Below are positions 46,301-51,351 of a DNA stretch of 64,000 bases, in pieces. Location: the NCBI GenBank assembly GCA_035540975.1, contig DATLFN010000058.1, positions 463-64,462 on the forward strand. Direction: 5' to 3'. The first letter of the stretch is position 1. Each line of letters begins with the position of its first letter. A program made the translations under genes and the position numbers. A model generated the notes under the pieces. That model ran no database searches and was not told the origin of the DNA. It worked only from the letters and a program-made list of their open reading frames with translations. The DNA comes from Acidimicrobiales bacterium (lineage in GTDB: Bacteria > Actinomycetota > Acidimicrobiia > Acidimicrobiales > GCA-2861595).

Positions 46301-48121
46301 GTGGAGCTGGGAGTCGACGAGGAGGACCACGTTGGCGCCGTGGAGGGTGGCGCCCGCCTTCACCTCCAGGGTCGACACCAGGTCGCTCCCGCTGAAGTCG
46401 GTGACGGAGGTCGTGAGGCGCTGGTCGTACACGTTGACGACAGCCAGGCGGAGGTCGCCGTCGACGTTCAGGGTGGAGCCCGCGCCGACGGTGAGGGTGC
46501 GGATGGCCTCCAGGTCGAGCTTGACCGTGGCGCCGCCGTCGGTGAGCGACACGCCGTCGTCCACGCTCACCGTGTCCCACTCGCGCGCCTCGACGTCGCC
46601 GGCGAAGGCGACCGCGGAGTCGAAGACCAGGGCGTCGGTGTCGTCGTCGGCCGAGTCGGCACCGCCCTTCAGGACGAGCTTGACGGCCAGCGTCCCCACG
46701 CCCTTGACGGTGAGCGTGTCGCCCCCGGAGCCGAGGTCGATGGTGAGCGAGCCGCTCGGTGCGGCGAAGGTGTGATCCTCGAACAGGTCGTTCATCGACT
46801 CGAGGAGCAGATCGGTGCCGCTGACCTTGAGCTCGACGACGTCGTCGCCGCTGCTGCCGACCAGTGTCAGGTTGGTCGCGTCGCCGATGATCACCGGCTC
46901 GAGGCCGGCGTAGGAGAACTCCACGCCGTCGAGCGTCACCACGCCCGAGTCCGGTCCGGTGGCCCGGTAGACGGCGGTCTCGTGGCGCGCGCGGACGTCG
47001 AGCACGTCGAAGCCCCGGTCCCCGCCGTCGACGGTGCCGGTGAGGGACCCGCCCTCCTCCACCACGAAGGTGTCCTCGGTGTCGGACGCCCCGACCAGGC
47101 GCTCGACGCCGGAGAAGGCGATGAAGCCGACGGCGCCGCGGTCGGGACCGGTGATGCTCCACGTGCTGTCGACGGCCGGGGCCCGGAGGGTGTCCGTGCC
47201 CGCGCCGCCGGCGAAGGTGACGCCCACCGTGCCGGCACCGACGGCCACCTCGACGGCGAGGTCGTCGTCGCCGTTGGTGCCGTTCACCAGTATGTCGGAG
47301 ACCATGGCCAGCGGTCGGGACCGGCCGCCGATCGTCACGTGCCCGTCGGCCGAGAAGACGAGCGTGGCCGGGCCGTCGGACAAGGTGATGTTCCACGGGG
47401 CCGGCGCGCCCGGGTTGGTGGCGGGGTCCGCGGTGGCGGCGGTGGTGACCGCCGCCGGCTCCGTCGACGTGGTCGTCGCCAGGTCGCCGGTCGTGGTGGC
47501 GGTCGCCGCCGACGGGGTGGGGGCGGCGGCGGTCGTGGTGGGCTTCGGGGCCGGCTCGGTCGTGGTGGGGGCGGTCGTGGTGGGGTCGGTCGTGGTGGTG
47601 GGCGACGGCAGCGGCACGACCTCGCCGGGCGGCGGCGTCGGCGCGGCGGCGAGTGGCACGCCGGCGCTGTGCCCGGGTGCCAGCGTCGGGCTCATGACGC
47701 CGTCGCCGTGGCCCAGGCCGAGGACGTGGCCGAGCTCGTGGCGCAGCACGGTGGCGAGGTCCATCCGAGACGCGGCGTCCTCGAGGTGCATCACCGACCA
47801 GCCGTGGCCGGCGGCCACGGGATCGACGGTGATGGTGGCGCCGGTGGACCGGCCCAGCTCGGCGTCGGCCAGGTCGGCGACGGTGGCGGTGACCGCCGCC
47901 AGGTCGGCGTCCGGCCTCGCCGAGAGCCAGTCGCCCTTGGCGGCGGCCAGGGCGGCGTCCAGCGCCGCCTGCGTGAGTGGGCGGGCGTCGGCGGCGGCCG
48001 GTGGCGCGGTGGCCGACACGAGCAGTTGGGCGGTCGCCGGCAGGGCGCGACCGACGGGCGGGACGACGCTGGCGGCCAGGGCCAGGGCCAGCGCGAACCG
48101 TCGAGCCGCGGCCCGCGTCAC
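10328..48121 (-). CDS. Giant secreted repeat protein, 12,597 aa (about 1.2 MDa estimated from length), multi-domain putative surface fibre or adhesin
   Basis: This is the only frame open across the full 37.8 kb, from the GTG start at 48119-48121 to TGA at 10328-10330. It has an N-terminal signal peptide. Recognisable extracellular modules share this frame: HExxHxxGxxH x2, GGxGxD motifs, LamG-like x2 and Calx-beta-like x2. It lies on the same strand as the surrounding operons. Confidence 0.9.
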   Translation of the reverse strand: MTRAAARRFALALALAASVVPPVGRALPATAQLLVSATAPPAAADARPLTQAALDAALAAAKGDWLSARPDADLAAVTATVADLADAELGRSTGATITVDPVAAGHGWSVMHLEDAASRMDLATVLRHELGHVLGLGHGDGVMSPTLAPGHSAGVPLAAAPTPPPGEVVPLPSPTTTTDPTTTAPTTTEPAPKPTTTAAAPTPSAATATTTGDLATTTSTEPAAVTTAATADPATNPGAPAPWNITLSDGPATLVFSADGHVTIGGRSRPLAMVSDILVNGTNGDDDLAVEVAVGAGTVGVTFAGGAGTDTLRAPAVDSTWSITGPDRGAVGFIAFSGVERLVGASDTEDTFVVEEGGSLTGTVDGGDRGFDVLDVRARHETAVYRATGPDSGVVTLDGVEFSYAGLEPVIIGDATNLTLVGSSGDDVVELKVSGTDLLLESMNDLFEDHTFAAPSGSLTIDLGSGGDTLTVKGVGTLAVKLVLKGGADSADDDTDALVFDSAVAFAGDVEAREWDTVSVDDGVSLTDGGATVKLDLEAIRTLTVGAGSTLNVDGDLRLAVVNVYDQRLTTSVTDFSGSDLVSTLEVKAGATLHGANVVLLVDSQLHKLADINLDVITLFDAEEEEKATFTGTVDFVDGGTGADSITRASGSFVDDGFKAGQIVRITGSTANDGEFHVLTVEATKITIVATETLSPTTGDTDVTIKAFEVTAPPIVALDPEVAAKDFKKLTFAASGRTITREEGDWTAEGFAAGNEIYVLGTGSNNGMYQIDSLTATVLTLTTEATLTDETSDPFVEVRKVHRILQSGQQLTTLDLLASLLGFEIPSLVESGLDLIGAQDPLLDISGVRAQGVFGRSESTLTLRDLVTITSTGDTTIEAKALSDVFLHTVALKTKPETPNAGDNWSAEDYGFTVAVSKGTATVVLEGTVTVNATGDLAILAGVVNELDAKTWVVGGVENQSTTANASAPKKQASGPSLAVTYGRPVSNADIAMATPSLTGRNVTVRAAVENTFKVATESLVIKPTSRGIAAGIAISQADSNARAVLDGTTSSTTANHGKVTVEARSVNKENETRARSLVRGGQQSTPASQNTQQTSQAQGTNPQTGANNQLSLEFAAALVLAFSGNSAVAEIADGAVVNADVVLVLARTEDTFSTIAIGGSSAGGQTALAGGIAFATYDNDADASIGAASVTATKDVNVVAEATMPKALAVDADLAKLLDVSLNVPDIDDDPWYDAIKDIWDFVSKDPATDLEQDLADTVAKLDFLQGFIDRNSAVAGGKANTYVGASAAKESATTQQSNTGTGGQQQAQTKFAFGGSFLFLTVANAAAAHVDSGADVTAGPVVQKTFAGTSAVNETTDELTLTAHGFETGDAVTYRKDATTTAVHGLVDGETYYVIKVDADKVKLARTRELARRGTGLDLKTADLPAVAGTHAVRRPSIHVDAQALSETVDLGGFASVLSFFGTVDSDKDQNTKIQISAKSDGSAVGVTFLKTSKANTASAVVDDGATLSAPGGDVLVSADARTLTVTVAEAGAAAKDFGIAGTIVLSGATNAATAVLEDGATVTAVHLTLDATSDVIAVVFAGSIQKDPATGETSLGAGISIAVNDVDATARAIRGNVNGGATPAGNVTTTGDVVILASTGTRLYAIAIAGEALGGQVKPAGTNTGGTQQNASSTNTTQQGAKSAGGMDISGVVSWNDVATVTDAVLDGGGTITIGGDLRIKAAANGMIVAISAPYALDRASTKNSSTTSSQGNQPPANQSNTSVGIAGSFTNNVVNQITTARTGDVTVADVQNVSIIATTDTRLISTSASAAGGIRGPPAGQQQQPSSGTAAVAGAVNLNQVTNTTEASVGSATVITDPDSIRVEAKDVIQLTSDAGGYARQTKFGFGAGIDVNLFDVTVRAFVAGTVNGTVPGDVSVKASSEVKGISVAAASEKGAEEFGLAGSAAAVSLTKVVEVRLDAGSPLTIGGTLTVDAADRNDVTIIAGSAAGGVKIGVGVAFGWFDVDRSVLATIGARTVTAKKVVVDATADDKVRLVAAAGANVDNTAAIAGSITWLDVAGTIEALVDGATITTGDGTDPADVALDVRAAYASDADFSELLVIAGAFAVNLRDQTQQNGQNQNPGQGGGGANSIDASVGASAAITTLSQTVVAHLVNTTVDAAGDVKVVASSAAEILIIAVAGALVNESQSASGGSGSGGAPFALAGAAAGSVNHITSVVKAEVVGGAVTTTDGGGVLVRATDSSDVTADSGGVSIARVAGGTKGGTSLSFGISFAFNDISAAVSALVDDTDLVVAGDLDVQAVSDLSIFALTIGGAASLASSSGGSGGPFVGAAAGTWSLNEVVATTTASVGNASSLRAASITVKADDTTRIEAIAGALSLTQASGSGQAANGFSLGVALAFNDVDNVVRALVEASSLAATGAVDVLATEDAGIFALTIAIGGALSSGGGGSSGGGFNFTGAGAGSGNSIATVVEAIVRTGSTVLTGGTGDVTVRASDTSDIDADAGAAALARTGGTAVTLGASVAINSIANDVNALVDSSDVAAGGDVLVEGLESATIFSLAIAGAATNGTQSSSGGGSIAFNGAGAVTKNEIDNDVSARITNAAAPNGVSAAGQVKVSASDSSEIDAIAGVATLVLFPSGSSVNVGAAIAVNTTDGDAEATVVGSDVDAAGDVVIEAGTEADVYALAIGLAATISGSQQRSGGTPWSFDLAGSVVFNGVANTARAGLDGSDVSAGGSVTVAASDATVVTADAGAAAVAVTSGNTLAFGASVAINDVANTVEALVDDSTVTAAQDVAISATSSSTIDALAVAGAGAVQTNSSGSGNGRFSAVGAGAVTVNSVANVVRAAVRGTSSVTATAGSVSITATDTSTIDADTAAAAVAVKTSGSGNSLTVAAGLGFNDVANDVFASIEPGTSVLAGSLVSVQASSLAAIAVLALGIAGSASTGGGSGGGGSGGVSFAGAGSGGANGIANRTKASVSGATVVAGGDLSVTAVNDASIKVDAGAVAVVLNKGPPGAVALGASIAFNGVDTETTATVESSTVTAAGATVSATANATIDALTFAGGLTATHGGSGGGSGFSLAGAGAASKNTVDSDVEAAVRTGAVVNVTGDAAVSASDTSTINADAGGAAVGLSSRQSGGADVTVGAALAVNEINADVLATVASASVTVGGNLTVSATSDATIDAFTFGIAGTVTSTSQGGGINFTGAGSGSGNTVTGSTVALVTATPVLSVGGALAITALDESTITADAGAATLAVSKSQGGVFNVSVAISASSNSITRTVQAAITSVPAVQAQSVTVTATARATVDALSLAGTGSFSQSQQGGIGGTGAGAGSGNTVRLTVEALITDSPVTTTGGAVTVAAVDESDIDADAGGLAASLNVTGSGFGGSVTVGAAVVVNDVADVVTAAVTDSPVTAAAGVSVTSSSTATVSAVAIGIAGSVSTGQGSTAGLAGAGSGISNTVANTTTAVIQSGAITTAGPVTVAASDASSTSATAGAIAIQIANGGQGFGGGAAIGAGVVVASVTNTVRAIVDASPLGTTAAKTGSVSVTATSGATVSSTAFAGAVGASNSGGGGSLAFGLAAAVAVNTVANTVEALVRDNSSIASAGAVTVAASDTSDIDAVMVAGALVGSNGSDVSASVAGSAGVGSNTIANTVTASVAVPSVVAGAGGVSVTATSTSSITASAVSIGGALSSGTTAGFALAGSGAVAINKVDNTVSASITGTTAVTPGGVTVSASDGSTISATVTAVALALATGDVGVAGAVGASVAIDDITNSVSATVTGSTITAGGAVAVTASETANIDSVAVGVAVSGAWSQNGASAGVALGGAFARNTIDDTVSALVTGSSVSGSTVTVSATDGSFIDATPVAASLAVSVGSTAVGLAISGAVAVNEIANTVSAVVDGSTVNAGGDVAVSATEAAAITATPTAASVAVGVGLQVAAVTVSAAVPVATNTIGNTVEARVRNASTVTGADVAVTATDSAKITATAVGVAVSASVAPSGLAFAAAAAVSVAVNEITDSVTAAVQSSTVTATGAVTVSASSTAEVVATAVGVAIAIAGSGSGGAGALALGGAATTNTVTMTVAALVNPSTITAASITVSATDTSTITATPTVASLSVAIGDVAVAISLGAAVAVNTVANTVSALVAGSTLTSTTGSVTVSASESSTITATATAASVSVAAGISAASVALSGAATSATNTTTTAVSATAVDSTILSADDVTVSATDSATINAVTVAVSVSASAAPGFALAGSLAVSVAVNAISDTVGAEVERTKVTATDAVTVSASTTPTITATPVGVAVAVAGSGGVTGAVALGGAVATNTMATTASASVVDSTVADGRGVSAGSDVSVTATDAATITATPTVASLSAAIGGGGAVAVSLGAAVAVNDVSSAVGALVSDATVTSTGADVVVEADESSAITATATAASIGVAADVAAVSVALSVAATAATNTTSTAVSAVVADATVSGTDVTVEATDSATITATTVAVSVAASASPGFALGGTVAVSVAVNEISDTVSARVERSKVTAADAVVVSASTTPTITATPVGVAVAVAGSGGAAGAVALGGAAATNTISTSASASILDSAVADGRGVVAGGDVSVTATDSATITATPTVASLSVAVSGGPGVAVSLGGAVAVNTITDTATATIDGSSVTATGDDVFVTATETSSILATPVAASISVAVSALSVAAAGAGTVATNTIDNMVSATIAGGSFVSAGNVSVSGSDTSTIETAAVAVTVSVAAGASFSLGVSVSASVAVNTVTGSVTAAIDDATVNASGSVTVSASTTPTITALAVGVAVAIAADATFAGAAALGGAATTNTIGTTAEALVRNGSSVTASGPVSVTATDTATITSNPVVASLSVALSGGAGVAVSLGGAVAVNTVTNTARASVDGSAVTSTGGNVTVTATESSTIMATPVSASISVAVSAISVSVAGAVSSATNTVADTAEASVVGASTVSGADVSVTATDTATIKTVATAVTVSVAAAAAFAGGVSLSAAVAVNDVDDRATAKVDGSTVTATGGVTVSASTTPTITATTVGVAVAVAAGAVAGAVALGGAATTNAVNTTAEALVQGVSTLTATGSGNVLVSAADGSVITSNPIVASISVGVDLGGGAGVAVSLGGAVAVNTVGNTVRAKVAYSSVTSDSGDVGVTGTESSTITATPVAASIAAAVSVTAVSIAVAGAASVGTNTISNAVEASVVGATSVVDGDNVSVTAADTAKIKTTATAVSVAVSVAPGFSGGAAVSASIATNTVTDTVTAKIDDATVTASGTVTVDADTTQTITATTVGIAVAVAASAAVAGAVALGGAATTNTIGTTAQALVQNNATVTAGGAVTVGASDLATITSTPIVASLSVGVGGAAGVAVAIGGAVAVNNITSATAAKILGSTVTSTGGDVSVGASETSSITATPVSASISVAVSAISISVAGAVAVATNTTDAVVTASIAGGSTVSGGDVTVTASDTATDTTTVTAVSLAISAAAGFAGGVAVSDSVSTNDIGDVVLATVDSSKVTATGAVTVSASTTPTISTTATGIGVAVAVGAAAAGAAALAGAQTINTISTSATASIANSLASAGRGVTAASDVSVTATDTATITSNAIAAALTVSVSLGGSGAASLGSATALNDVTSATTAAIDGSTVTSTGGKVAVTTTESSTITATPVAAALSISVSPASISAAASAAVATNTIATNATARVSAGSTVTAATTVDVTATDTSSITATVVAVAFSVGFVGVAAGVSYTDNQITSTTSASVTGSTATANGGGITIEATSTQSPTATAVAVAVSVAPVGFSGAGASSTTDIASTTQAYAGSSALTAAGAVKVHAISTLTATASGDGAAVGTAVGVAVMFADASVGGSTLAYVSGGTTSVTAPSLQVKAEGYHTTDASVVSVGFGLGGGGAAGGTESTISRVTEAFVGARAGAVPSGTTSLAFTGTVDIDAVSTSTADSSAKGGAIGGVSIAAFTSDAAITQATLAYVGEGATVTATTLDVTATATETATSEVTPIGVGAITGTGGTSEASASGDTEAFVGARTGNVPAATPTTTVTLTGAATLTATSTATANSDMLSVGVGALAVSVVLVEATVGAAARAYLGGGAKLTATSLTGSATSNRDADADADVVGVGAVTGAGASSKASTNGAASAFMAAGSEATLTGAASFTATTPVNDATSTLLGVSVTAVGGSVVLSEADAAGTTEAYVAGTLGATTLGLTATSTNTATPESTTVAVAAGTFTVSTTEAKISQTTDAGLRSGAVVTLSGAATFTATSTSTPTADTTGVNVGVVAGAAQFVKSTLGGTTKVGSTSGTSLTASSLTATATSNNSSAGHVDASATFVGVTLLGGNGAVIAANVTQTTQATIAGTTTLTGAASLTATSNTWATAENANVSVSGLSITVMDVKATLGGTTIAGVADGGSLSAGSLTANATGNATSRAETNFVGVSLAGGSGSQTTATLTQTTSAVVGDNATVSLGGGAASLNATGVATSTATTAAVSVGGVQVNLMAVAASTAGSVNASVGDGSTVTAGSLSLVANGTQTPTATSSFVGVSGLSIGGSTVSSSDTTATVTRVGSEAGGANAASVTTTGASGVVATATTLSRVSATADFVSVGILGDAAKVTTTATASPQTKSYVGNKASVATGSFDAAFTAISRAAAKAFGSGVSAGGLFAAGSAGATATLSPTVSAFTTGTGSLTGRHVTFRSRLNTDSAGNPDLPPGYTEQASSGVKLGSGSLVAGVAGGVVTSTDSSTVTTSVGGKTVNVTGNLVIESLVHQRAFADGFAVGLGLVAGVGVIDGTATVGGSTTTSMTGTVSNAASITIRSRVRSSSKSDVAGVAAALGGGGADVESTATTSPTVTTTVSGSVTASGNVVVESDVHTSVEALASGSSVAGIVAVGIVKAKAEAKPRITTSVTGSSWITSSTGNVRISTWHNTNSGTLLDSNIVKAGVESLSASLLVSASKAEVTANASATVTTSTGASTTLAAPNGTVTVEAKSADVSLARAKTVGGALIQVSTNIDPAATTAGTTKAEALGHVRQGTSGSGALTYVVTAEGVDFASSVLDTGTGGAINISTGSASQATVDSTVEAVLGQSGAVIVAGSAVTVRAKGISDGDATTRSGSGGAINVTGFGATVSTSPEVKVSVGGGATITAPTVTIDATHNTNPPVYSNGLFSAVGDVTLADDIAGNRITFSAVHGLSTGQSVTYRDNGGTTIGGLTDNRRYAVIIPSGPGVDSTKSLQLGVVFTGNEVNVPPGQPAGDVDVETDEIRFDGRHGLVDGDLVWYFAPTGSTAVGGLVHGKLYRVEKVDEFTIKLADPLVVRDTESVNASAVGSDVTGGYVDTAHNFQLNDPVTYRAFATHTFNSQVVDLMMASSTKPQVTNNALVYDNNQNTIFLGTNFNNDGDAQTGHNFNTGDRIFYQVTNGSPLGGLSNNTFYWVRRVDGFRIQLATTKCGATGLDADCPGSGDPGPSVIAISGDRSAAGVKAVHKLYKENDAPLSGLTDGAVYFAIPVSATRFRLSDTFGGSAISFSNGGRTGGPHQFKVEGVNITSPGNSIQHLVFDLASLGTGTHALEGVGGSGVLAGAPSGDQTATASSSGSSGGAIDIANANASATADTTVSNTIGANAVITATTINVTIDNRALAGANTTNSGGGLVSVGDANATATANTTTTLTINSGAQLTATTINVNAGATHDATATSAGGAGGLGAGVDTTATVNLKHTTKTIVNGTLTAKDTINVGATASLDAEADAESDGGGLGVDSEATAKVHIDANSLTWSEIGGSARLLADFVNLDARVTRVHLRATADSDADAFAADSDADAEINVGGDTRVWLRPANSTTEIQITGNERIDIEAVYDDIDVDASSDASCDCAFGDADATTNLTLTTQARVSGDNDSRLKTAYLFVAAHQFVTRYDAHRNPHGGAFVSHDPHGDSDPREPLRRIYWESTVYFLGEPNPLLIVDQTGKITSKTSNVYVRAYNPATNTYSGLLDVGDTILSGQWIVVGDLIYDRSGFARFEANDITGPDSVIYGNAGEFYVQDTWDGVTILNYSDRKLVTNDIDVTSSANDPLIEIAVQVLPDPTDPTGHASIAETIDPYSAGSTFEFDLIHAVPMTGVQIRNLHPAGTTVGRSDIVLDGAIENPIGTTIIENVRGDILSDNDLDLEGIESTGVDANLVAIFAIPGSDTDVELVRTNVLEIDAGTGSIGRQTGPRVPVAVELIRFNYLDAALRDFEIRAKAAGDVVLDLTAVRRDNTTFGDPFTVRIDTIAAGQDVDVVIHDSVEGNQLGTVLDTTVNVYPAPFPLSTTLRVPPSGTYVQHFWPDPDPAAQQPPTLIHVLRAFGTDRNLVDSHYVFGDNGSTYGDLRAGDDIHVRHDETGTVLDITAFTDVASTLLPYTPLTEAADDGLPANVSQIFLRTNGFIVDNELYGDLTAGHVHSTGDDVTLFSPRRIVDADGQPTIDVTGVNITMVAGSLVDADGVTLPDVGRGLVGGIGLAADFLETNVDVLNGKTGAVVALDVQAPSTTGIYLDELIGDLRVDLVQTRADVSLRTVGGSILDREQGVDTGEDDADVIGQEIDLDANGAGADIGDTDGTNDLDIDSSCAVSPSCGTGDVALEATDGIYLTETDATLRLALAHTYDGDIRLTVRETTPDLDEDLVLLGCTVASSCSARFAESGTRLPGNDPDAPRLITRARIFAEKGSVLLRVGDDVDLHQNSEVLAARGIDIYIDAASAAHDPLTDLDEHFGATAVLRGRIIADCVLTTGDPMGSCQPSTVNPVTGQTTNIWGHTDADTFQFGDTGGDPALAGGGLETHGASGYVFIGSKTDVHGSQDLDSAGDDGEDRFLVYFLQTADVKGSPAYPNGAGHALTLDGQADTDFYEIWTTGSQGPDRNYVINVLDTGAPDDGVDELAMYGRNSTLNGNDPSQLPMVTKYPTDDVFLLRRVTCIDTESPYALDAAYGCTSPTAADADRPGFVVLLHGPLEEHRFDGPSDVDAPNPFVQRVNYDTGLNGRLSVFGRGGNDAFFSDDTSVIVTLDGGAGFDTFQIGQIFGTKRDNPIGVLVPNDTFPELIPTTRGWLSPGISAPMVVQGGTGNDEFTVYSNQAELRLEGDDDNDLFVVRAFAIAAVCDTDTDGDGVCGLSDVTLEADLVTGRFPLVNGSKTVNGVPTPACINGDGTFRLDNNGDGTCNNADADLASKPWQAEVIPLDADNVARPVIGSGFSTDRPLDIRTGGGEDEVQYNVNAPVSVDGGTGIDKLIVLGTEFADDIVITQSGIFGAGLNVRYANLEIVEVDGLEGDDEFFVQSTAFGVAYRVIGGLGSDTINVTGDITEDIITRELEGISGAVDHWVTSGDPGYDGLPTDGIETNVSVPAVGAIIVEETGSGTTVRENGPAPTFGGSSPTADVYSVRINALAAAAMAGPVHVTVSAARSPQEEADDLLVNPFPLTGGPGDTLWLCTSSTLGGTGCDELDEFRRFAWIDGQFVDVDQRALVLTFAPGDTAPQYVYVYAVDDTRSEGDRVVVVQHSVIAPDDPELDAYLVRNVEVTLRDNDTPGIYVTEITPGSCSLPSGCEEDRRTIVIEPGTFNGNYTGLDDEILVELAKEVPAGETVVVEIVLDAAGAQAARLSSTDPRFSIVGGVARITFDSTNWNVPVLVKVQAGDDFRAEDPQIAALAFVRHASTTDAGYIFPNLRSGTGLLDVEVIDDDTPGVVPIESGTGTLIELGGADDDYTIRLTQRPTADVNVAVLTDGTTDVTKIDGVAVTLSEIGRYVPARLFLGFLTVSGNTITRANGSDLGTFMEEGFKVGQLIRLNYGASTYDRTIGAISADGKSMTVDGAPLAAAAGVADATISRLTRLGRWEGPGATAARVANDDSVDVYRFTRPVSGVDSTEPGWLSDGFLEGQRVRVCALDANGVRTACKDFKIAVIRGVNKTRDNVLEFTAEGGVDAAWETAVDGAARVLVVRLGAVVTFTPTDWYEQRTVTLHADPFYEVPITRQGVKVFPVSTHLVSKLRGPLSVEGGVTGADRSLKNGIKLPGEADGPLFNVGAQPPESQQIDVLNIFNDSSQQDLYGVMTSTTLKGLGTAGDLAFGNAATDTFGDPPTFPGGISFGNIALVDGKFRTDGAKSTIEVVNLLGGKGNDTIDVQGTLDPASPVSMTGTIAITGGATGGSLTKAGFDWKAQGFLVGQLVTISGVAGQWAVTGFSQDRTTMLIGNGPALAGVASMVKTVTGTDKTVLAEIPVTVAHTAIGITLTRSSGSWIADGFLEGHLVLVGGTEPERWRVVDLTATTMVLRGSTSVAAGTSTRKVYVAGFHGGLTVIHGGGNRLLNIAGSTTAANGAPSGSPTGTTSSLTRNDGLDWRDDGYAVGQVVQVSGETGTRTILGLGNFTCPPPPPNTTGFGSCGTGSVMFLGPTTAPGEATAGTLTPGTATRTVHVSDPKKEIFTGPTQITTHSVIRTDGGSFVADGFKVGQMVWISGIAGPWTISALTPTQMTLAGSALTPATYASLTVFGYDPTIDGGGGPRVGGDTLTACNPAIATPCGSVLGGPNSPLVLYGDTSQDGVWYSGHSFDVLGYEFGPKPFDPFPRLSDGDNEDDEWIFPLADPYPYAGHDVINASNLFATVPCTLASCTLPTIGVTAYGGEGNDTITGSQAGDHLAGGSGDDVILGLRGVDHVYGDSGINVNILDRALYIPVANASPLPTITGVGFQNNGTTIEPSPSPVADSLDAGRDRVEGNGPGTILGGPERVYIDVVFGDHGVVLMDVIDPNLPDPRLQRIQTTQADLIVAVCSARYQNGGDDVIFGGSGPEILIGGAGHDMIDGGGADDLIFGDNVKCLLKDDFFSPRFQTLAGTLLYSRSDRAPFPSADASGQLLTDGTERHYRDPDGAPWWAEYEIDFAEFHTFAIENGTEAAGSFGNDYIAGGPAHDMIFGQLGHDIIQGDGSIASAFAGTSHVGASRTPDGCVGTVCDVVGDLDLVPSFEAVTDGEDYIEGNGGNDVIFGGLRQDDIVGGSSDFFSLDDAYAALLGAALGTSKVGAAAQLSGGALLRPDGADIIFGGAGTQADRNDQDLTLATVDASRHARDADTIVGDNGRIIRIVGVNGIDINPTGDPSLPAYVTFNYDNYGPEKIVVRGVYLLDYTVGGPDYDPSAFGLAAPGAGPCSTAGSETMSTCSNVLALQDPAGRNSWLRDIGGNDEIHGEAGDDTGYGGVGHDVLFGDADDDDLVGGWGADWFSGGTGSDGILGDDGRILTSRNTGCTQANNQPDCWTTQLSEPLYGVYRFRIGDPDTRVTDGYVLDELIYTPGHIQEATINVGGALAKAFDITPFNHTPTGAADDSLFDANNSDDVIFGGLGGDFLHGGSGDDAMSGAEAMDANYTQRLDGAGVIRSDWTRPYNRGNALDFGADNDAWHTSNQNEDRVGEFALYDEYDPRRAIALNDNGTAAKNTSGWNWFLNWSTTEGPLVNGCVLFSPNGACLAMNSVATDGDDVIFGDLGNDWIVGGTGKDTLWGGWGNDLLNADDVVAWADDPNYPDPKHPKKIQPSPNDTPDTHPSYEDRAVGGAGLDVLIGNTGGDRLIDWIGEFNSYIVPFAPFGIATVSRQVPPQLFEFLYELSRSQGADPTRAADQTADDPELIARHGEPYGEIGLVIQQDHGLWQDQAGGPTDPQAGNIPGGHRDVLRSADFNDGTFSSFAPDSGTWSVSGGTLQVSSNTTTGDAVAVFNHDQYLPVYYEIRASVKSVKPTGGFNANAYVIFDYFSPTDFKFAGINISTDKFEMGYRDATGWHVVAQQPVQIKPDTYYQMLVAVNGTNVTVTVDGTAYFTYTFPTRTLFGMPVGLNKGMIGIGSNGARGTFDNVAVQVLPPATTLDAEETFDGGTLVFAANPDWATVSGRLEGTAPAGVSELALATYGTVTNLEPNAFLELTAVVRTGGTGGIVFDQYDVDDFKFVVLDVPGQQVLIGHHAPNGGWTIDKVTPWVLAAGADHTVQLMIKGASVSVVVNGSFAGSHGYNAAVADGRFGLLARGGTASADRWRIRTNDPQFEASQPPPPPPPPPPVTPTVTVTTTDDVASELGQAPGTYELRRDGDLSVLLQVNVVWSGTATFGTDYTVSAAGGTISADGLVATFSAGSTTMTLVVTPKTDATAEPTETVTVTLGPSTLPGPSYVVGTPAAASLNLLDNPPPATLPAVSVADATVTEGDRNTKDVTITVTLSAASTSTVTVTLSTADGSAVAASDYGAVTKVLTFAPGVTSLTFTIPVIGDRVKEDTETFSVNVTSFTNATVGDGSATVTILDNERALTAAEPAGPGTTARVLSAADAEPVLALAVQEWVAAGADAGLLSGVRVEVADLQAGKVAEVIGTTVLLDADAAGWGWHLDPLSPVPAGRMDLLSVLVHELGHVLGYEHDDGPAVMAGELAPGTRLVLPGPVAAGPGPAGELPALAPVPLVPGGDRPIDARPAGGRSTAGRDAPRSVVPLVGGAAVGVATAPAPHAPTAGARSSLVGAGRRPAPSAGPPTPVDGGGADGRSPLDRVRVPWRGGGWSREALTTRAGCGGPTPAPLSSAPCPTRPTGLFGGDARAAMVARRFLFAP
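10331..10831 (-). other. 167-residue Pro/Gly/Arg/Ala-rich C-terminal tail of the giant protein, with no recognisable sorting signal
   Basis: Low-complexity sequence ending ...ARRFLFAP. I saw no LPXTG/LAXTG motif and no clear TM-plus-basic anchor. Confidence 0.5.
10832..11170 (-). other. C-terminal metzincin-like mini-module with [11 protein letters not shown] and a downstream VMA
   Basis: The first His codon is at 10916-10918. It aligns position-by-position with the N-terminal module (AR.L...W...VADL...D..AAG.GW...[18 protein letters not shown]...LAPG). Confidence 0.7.
11216..11926 (-). other. Two Calx-beta-like domains preceded by a Pro10 hinge (11933-11962)
   Basis: ...[18 protein letters not shown]...[24 protein letters not shown] and [12 protein letters not shown]...[19 protein letters not shown]...[32 protein letters not shown]...ATVTILDN. 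Confidence 0.8.
11981..13060 (-). other. Two LamG/concanavalin-A-like jelly-roll domains
   Basis: [27 protein letters not shown]...[18 protein letters not shown]...[19 protein letters not shown]...GTFDNVAV, then a second copy TFDGG...[17 protein letters not shown]...[18 protein letters not shown]... Confidence 0.75.
13358..16189 (-). other. Region with dispersed hemolysin-type (GGxGxD) calcium-binding nonapeptide clusters
   Basis: [29 protein letters not shown]; [32 protein letters not shown]; [20 protein letters not shown]; [57 protein letters not shown]; [20 protein letters not shown]; [27 protein letters not shown]. Confidence 0.8.
16615..18730 (-). repeat. Cluster of six ~40-aa D-G-F-x-x-G-Q mini-modules (two more copies at 45776-46171)
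   Basis: [12 protein letters not shown]; [12 protein letters not shown]; [17 protein letters not shown]; [17 protein letters not shown]; [14 protein letters not shown]; [17 protein letters not shown]. The N-terminal copies are [14 protein letters not shown] and [14 protein letters not shown]. Confidence 0.65.
18960..19990 (-). other. Two beta-sandwich (Calx-beta/cadherin-like) domains, each ending in V-x-[LV]-x-D-[ND]-D-T-P-G
   Basis: One ends ...[23 protein letters not shown] and the other ...[20 protein letters not shown]. The assignment is by eye and the family is uncertain. Confidence 0.5.
25540..26520 (-). repeat. Cluster of five ~45-aa H-G-x-x-x-G-D...G-L-x-x-G-x-x-Y-Y-V mini-modules (a sixth copy is at 43892-44032)
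   Basis: [33 protein letters not shown]; [35 protein letters not shown]; [15 protein letters not shown]; [34 protein letters not shown]; [17 protein letters not shown]. The distant copy reads [35 protein letters not shown]. Confidence 0.65.
28100..30470 (-). repeat. Type-B repeats: about 15 units of ~52-56 aa beginning A-[YF]-[VL]-G / A-F-V-G
   Basis: [22 protein letters not shown]..., [11 protein letters not shown]..., [20 protein letters not shown]..., [18 protein letters not shown]... through [14 protein letters not shown], read directly. Confidence 0.65.
30470..45330 (-). repeat. Type-A repeat core: roughly 70-80 units of ~57-68 aa (longer near the N-terminus), Ala/Ser/Thr/Val/Gly-rich, alternating-residue beta-strand pattern
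   Basis: The recurrent pattern is V-x-V-x-A-x-[DE]-x-[ST]-x-I-x-A ... G-A-[AS]-[VI]-A-[VI]-N-x-[IV]-x-[ND]-x-V-x-A-x-[VI]-x-x-S-x-V-x-A-x-G, read along residues ~930-5885. The boundaries are approximate. Confidence 0.75.
30780..36740 (-). repeat. Eight tandem ~735-760-bp super-repeats (four type-A units, ~250 aa each)
   Basis: The landmark [10 protein letters not shown](A) or close variants recurs at about 36.7, 35.99, 35.24, 34.49, 33.74, 33.00, 32.25 and 31.51 kb. Adjacent copies share long near-identical stretches. Confidence 0.8.
47396..47641 (-). other. Thr/Pro/Ala-rich linker (residues 161-242)
   Basis: [52 protein letters not shown]..., a low-complexity spacer typical of secreted actinobacterial proteins. 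Confidence 0.8.
47672..47986 (-). other. N-terminal metzincin-like mini-module (residues 46-150) with [11 protein letters not shown] and a downstream VMS Met-turn candidate
   Basis: The HExxHxxGxxH motif starts at His128 (47738-47740). It is paralogous to the C-terminal module at 10832-11170. Confidence 0.7.
48029..48121 (-). other. Signal peptide of the giant protein (residues 1-31, [31 protein letters not shown]|QLL)
   Basis: Basic n-region, hydrophobic core and an A-T-A cleavage-type motif. The cleavage site is predicted by eye only. Confidence 0.7.
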
Positions 48122-48245
48122 GCGGCGGCGTTCCCGGATGGGCGCGCCGTGCCGGCTCCAGCCGGCGCAGCGCGACGCATCCCAGCGCCCACGGCGCGTG
48201 TCGTCGAAGCGGACTGCACGGACCTCCCCCTCAAGAGCTGCGACC

Positions 48246-48278
48246 CTTATAGGCAGCAGGCGGGCCCCGGGATGTCAA
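48246..48278 (-). promoter_or_regulatory. Promoter-like motifs upstream of the giant gene (TTGACA ... TATAAG) in a locally AT-richer patch
   Basis: On the minus strand, TTGACA is at 48273-48278 and TATAAG at 48246-48251. The spacer is 21 nt, too long for a canonical sigma-70-type promoter, so the call is weak. Confidence 0.25.
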
Positions 48279-48452
48279 GGGTCTTGGTGGAAATTGCCGA
48301 AATCGCCTGGTCGTGCCTCTTCGGCGGGGCTGGTCACCGTGATGAGCGCCGGGCAGCATGACCGGAACCCGCCGCCGCGCCGATCTCGACGGTCGGTCGA
48401 GCCTTTCGGGGCGGACCCTCGACCTCGACCTGCGGGTCGGCGCCGGTGACCG

Positions 48453-49640
48453 CTACGGAGCGTCGGCGCCAGAGGCGGGTATCACCACTCTGGGCACCCG
48501 GGGCCCGATCCCGCAGAGCACCTCGTACGTGATGGTGCCGAGGCGGCCGGCCCACTCGTCGGCGCGGATCTCCTCGTCGCCCTGGCGGCCGAGGAGCACC
48601 ACCTCGTCGCCGGGGGCCACCGGGGCGTCGGGGCCGCAGTCGACCATGAGCTGGTCCATGGTGACGGTCCCGGCCACGGGGCGGCGCCGGCCACCCACCA
48701 GGACCTCGGCGCCCAGCTCGCCCAGGCGGCGGGTGACGCCGTCGGCGTACCCGAGGGGGACGGTGGCCACGACGCTGCGCGGTGCCGGCACGGCGTAGCG
48801 CCGGCCGTACGACAGCCGCTCCCCGGCGTCGAGCGTGCGCACCAGGCTGACCCGGGCCCGCAGGCTGAGGGCGGGGCGGAGGTCACCGGCCCGGACGGCG
48901 CCCGGCCGGGGCGAGTGCCCGTACACCGCGATGCCGCAGCGGACGAGGTCGTAGCGGGCGCCGGGGTGGGCCAGGGCGCCGGCCGAGTTGGCGGCGTGCA
49001 GCAGCCCGGGCACCGACCCGTCGGCGGCCAGGGCGTCGCGCACCTCCTCGAAGCGGGCCAGCTGGGCGGTGGTGAAGGCATCCTCGCCGGGGTCGTCGGC
49101 CACCGCCAGGTGGGTCCACAACCCGTCCAGGCGCAGCCCCGGCGCGGCGCGGACGGCCTTGGCCAGCGCCGGCACGTCGCCCGGGTCGGCGCCCACCCGG
49201 TGCATCCCCGTGTCGACCTTGAGGTGGGCTCCCATCGGGGCGCGTCGCGTGCCGACGGCGTCGGCGGCCGCCGCCACCCCGGCCTCGGTGTACAGCGTGG
49301 GGGTCAGCCGGGCGGCGGCGACCGCGCCCATGGCGCCGGCCGGGGGCTCGGACAGCAGGAGGACGGGGGCGTCGATCCCGTCGTCGCGCAGGGCCAGCCC
49401 CTCCTCCACCAGGGCCACCGCCAGCCACGTGGCGCCGGCGCCGAGGGCGGCGCGGGCCACGGCCGTGGCCCCGTGCCCGTAGCCGTCCGCCTTGACGACG
49501 GCGCACACGGCCGCCGGAGCGGAGCGCTCGGCCAGGAAGGCGACGTTGGTGGCGACGGCGCCCAGGTCGACCTCCGCCCAAGCGGGCCGCCACGCCGGCG
49601 GAGGCGGCCCGCCGAGCGCCGGCTGGACGGGGCCGGCCAC
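48453..49640 (-). CDS. alr: Alanine racemase, 395 aa
   Basis: AWAEVDLGAVATNV...AVVKADGYGHGA (PLP lysine motif)...YGHSP...TVTMDQLMVD. GTG at 49638-49640 lies 2 nt after the nnr stop. Confidence 0.9.
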   Translation of the reverse strand: MAGPVQPALGGPPPPAWRPAWAEVDLGAVATNVAFLAERSAPAAVCAVVKADGYGHGATAVARAALGAGATWLAVALVEEGLALRDDGIDAPVLLLSEPPAGAMGAVAAARLTPTLYTEAGVAAAADAVGTRRAPMGAHLKVDTGMHRVGADPGDVPALAKAVRAAPGLRLDGLWTHLAVADDPGEDAFTTAQLARFEEVRDALAADGSVPGLLHAANSAGALAHPGARYDLVRCGIAVYGHSPRPGAVRAGDLRPALSLRARVSLVRTLDAGERLSYGRRYAVPAPRSVVATVPLGYADGVTRRLGELGAEVLVGGRRRPVAGTVTMDQLMVDCGPDAPVAPGDEVVLLGRQGDEEIRADEWAGRLGTITYEVLCGIGPRVPRVVIPASGADAP

Positions 49641-49642
49641 CG

Positions 49643-50989
49643 TCAGCGGCCGGCCCGGGACGACAGCCAGCGCGGCAGGTAGAGGTCGGCGATGTCGCCG
49701 GCGACCAGCCCCTCGGCGGGGCCGAGGGCGGCGGCCGCGCCGTGGACGTGGGCCCCGAACGAGGCGGCGTCGGCGCCGCCCAGGCCGCGGGCCAGGAAGG
49801 CGCCGATGATGCCGGAGAGGACGTCGCCGCTGCCGGCGGTGGCGAGCCGGGAGCTGCCGGACGTCGTGAGGCGGACGGCGCCGTCGGGCGACGCCACCAC
49901 GGTGGTCGACCCCTTCAGCAGCACCACCGCCCCCGCCCGCCGCGCCAGGCGACGTGCCGCGTCGACCCGGTCGGCGCCCGGCCGGGAGCCGCACAGTCGC
50001 TCGTACTCGCCATCGTGGGGCGTGAGGACGCGGACGGGGCCACCGGGCACTCGGCCTTCCTCGGCGGCCACCAGGCCGTCGGCGTCCACCACCGCCGGCA
50101 GGTCGGCCCCTTCCAGCACCCGGCGCACCTGGGCCGCCGCCTCCGGGTGGCGGCCCAGCCCGGGCCCCACGACCAGGGCGCGGCACCGGGACGAGGCGTC
50201 GAGCACGCCGTCGGCCCACCCTTCACGGGGCAGGGTGATGCCCACCATCTCGGCCAGCGGCAGGAGCGCCACGTCGGCTCCCGGCACCCCCAGGCGCACG
50301 TTGCCGGCGCCCGCCCGCAGCGCCGAGCGCCCGGCGAGGACGGCGGCTCCCGTCATCCCGGGCGACCCCGCCGCCACGAACACCGCGCTCTGCCACTTGT
50401 GCGCGTCCCGCCCGCGGGGCGGGATGCGCACGTCGGCGTCCTCGACCAGGTGCACCCTCGCGCTGGACACGTCCAGCCCGATGTCGGCGACCTCCACCCG
50501 GCCGGCCCGCTCCCGACCCTGGCCCAGGAGCAGGCCGGGTTTCAGGGCGGCGAAGGTGACGGTGGCGTCGGCCCGCACGGCTCCGGCGCCCGCCTCGCCG
50601 GTGAGCCCGTCCACCCCCGAGGGGATGTCCACGGCCAGCACCGGCGTCCCGAGGGGCGGCGCGGGAGCGTGGTACTCGCCGCGGAAGCCGGTGCCGTAGG
50701 CGGCGTCGATCACCAGGTCGCACACCGGCAGCGACGCCGGGGCGCCGGCCGCCTCGATGACGGCGACGCGCACGCCGGCCCGCCGGAGGCGGGCCGCCGC
50801 CCACCGCCCGTCGGCGCCGTTGTTCCCCTTCCCGGCCACGACCACCACCCGCCTGCCGTACGCCCCGCCCATCAAACGCACGGCCGCCCGGGCGACGACC
50901 GCGCCGGCCCGCCCGATCAGCACCTCGACGGGCTCCGGCGCCGCCTCGTCGACCGCCTTCATCTCCTCGGGCGCGAGGACCGGGATCAC
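49643..50989 (-). CDS. nnr: Bifunctional NAD(P)H-hydrate repair enzyme (epimerase/ADP-dependent dehydratase), 448 aa
   Basis: YjeF_N part (VVVVAGKGNNGADG, DAAYGTGF) plus carbohydrate-kinase part (LVVGPGLG, LTPHDGE, TAGSGDVLSG). GTG at 50987-50989 overlaps the acpS stop (GTGA). Confidence 0.85.
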   Translation of the reverse strand: MIPVLAPEEMKAVDEAAPEPVEVLIGRAGAVVARAAVRLMGGAYGRRVVVVAGKGNNGADGRWAAARLRRAGVRVAVIEAAGAPASLPVCDLVIDAAYGTGFRGEYHAPAPPLGTPVLAVDIPSGVDGLTGEAGAGAVRADATVTFAALKPGLLLGQGRERAGRVEVADIGLDVSSARVHLVEDADVRIPPRGRDAHKWQSAVFVAAGSPGMTGAAVLAGRSALRAGAGNVRLGVPGADVALLPLAEMVGITLPREGWADGVLDASSRCRALVVGPGLGRHPEAAAQVRRVLEGADLPAVVDADGLVAAEEGRVPGGPVRVLTPHDGEYERLCGSRPGADRVDAARRLARRAGAVVLLKGSTTVVASPDGAVRLTTSGSSRLATAGSGDVLSGIIGAFLARGLGGADAASFGAHVHGAAAALGPAEGLVAGDIADLYLPRWLSSRAGR

Positions 50990-51351
50990 AGCGCGGCGAC
51001 GACGGCTTCGGCGACGGCGTCGGTGTGGGTGATGGAGAGGTGGAGGGTCGTGACGCCCTGCTGCCCGGCGAGGGCGGCGGCCCGGCCGCTCAGCCGCAGC
51101 GACGGCGCACCGCTGGCCGCCGTGCACACCTCCACGTCCCGGAAGTCGACGGCGCCGAGCCCGACGCCGAGCGCCTTCATGGTCGCCTCCTTCGCTGCGA
51201 AGCGGGCGGCCAGGCGGGGCGCCGGGTCGACGAAGCGGGCCCCGTAGGCCAGTTCCCCCTCGGTGAACAGCCGCTCGGCCATGCGCGGGGTCCGGGCCAG
51301 CGCCCGCCGGAAGCGGCCCACCTCCACGGCGTCGATGCCCAGGCCGATCAT
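50986..51351 (-). CDS. acpS: Holo-[acyl-carrier-protein] synthase, 121 aa
   Basis: MIGLGIDAVEVGRF...FAAKEATMKALG...LSITHTD. The ATG overlaps the glmS-like stop (ATGA). Confidence 0.9.
   Translation of the reverse strand: MIGLGIDAVEVGRFRRALARTPRMAERLFTEGELAYGARFVDPAPRLAARFAAKEATMKALGVGLGAVDFRDVEVCTAASGAPSLRLSGRAAALAGQQGVTTLHLSITHTDAVAEAVVAAL

Noticed and set aside
10328-48121. Same-strand off-frame ORFs inside the giant gene (e.g. upstream part of 9690-14615, 14661-15731, 15903-18374, 19380-22292, 22398-25739, 26754-28952, 39456-41102, 43218-45269, 46191-47396)
   Set aside because: Their Arg/Pro/Gly/His-rich translations are typical of +1/+2 frames of high-GC genes. None is continuous across the region, and they are incompatible with the single continuous frame that carries all the domain signatures.
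48029-48121. Twin-arginine (Tat) signal suggested by AARRFALAL
   Set aside because: RR is followed directly by F-A-L rather than matching S/T-R-R-x-F-L-K. Export of a folded 1.2-MDa protein by Tat is implausible, so it was treated as a Sec-type signal peptide.
10328-48121. Giant gene as a pseudogene or assembly artefact
   Set aside because: There is no in-frame stop in 12,597 codons, and both termini are intact (signal peptide and terminal domains). An assembly error in repeat copy number cannot be excluded without long reads, and this is flagged in the findings.
48300-48452. Possible riboswitch, sRNA or terminator in the alr-giant gene spacer
   Set aside because: Only short imperfect inverted repeats are present (for example GTCGAG...CTCGAC around 48385-48425, and a GCC/GGC pair around TCTTC). 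I could not recognise a stable stem-loop with a tail or any conserved riboswitch core.
10328-48453. Giant gene plus UDG as a mobile genomic island or prophage remnant
   Set aside because: There is no integrase, transposase, tRNA attachment site, flanking direct repeats or visible compositional break. The UDG is translationally overlapped with tsaE.
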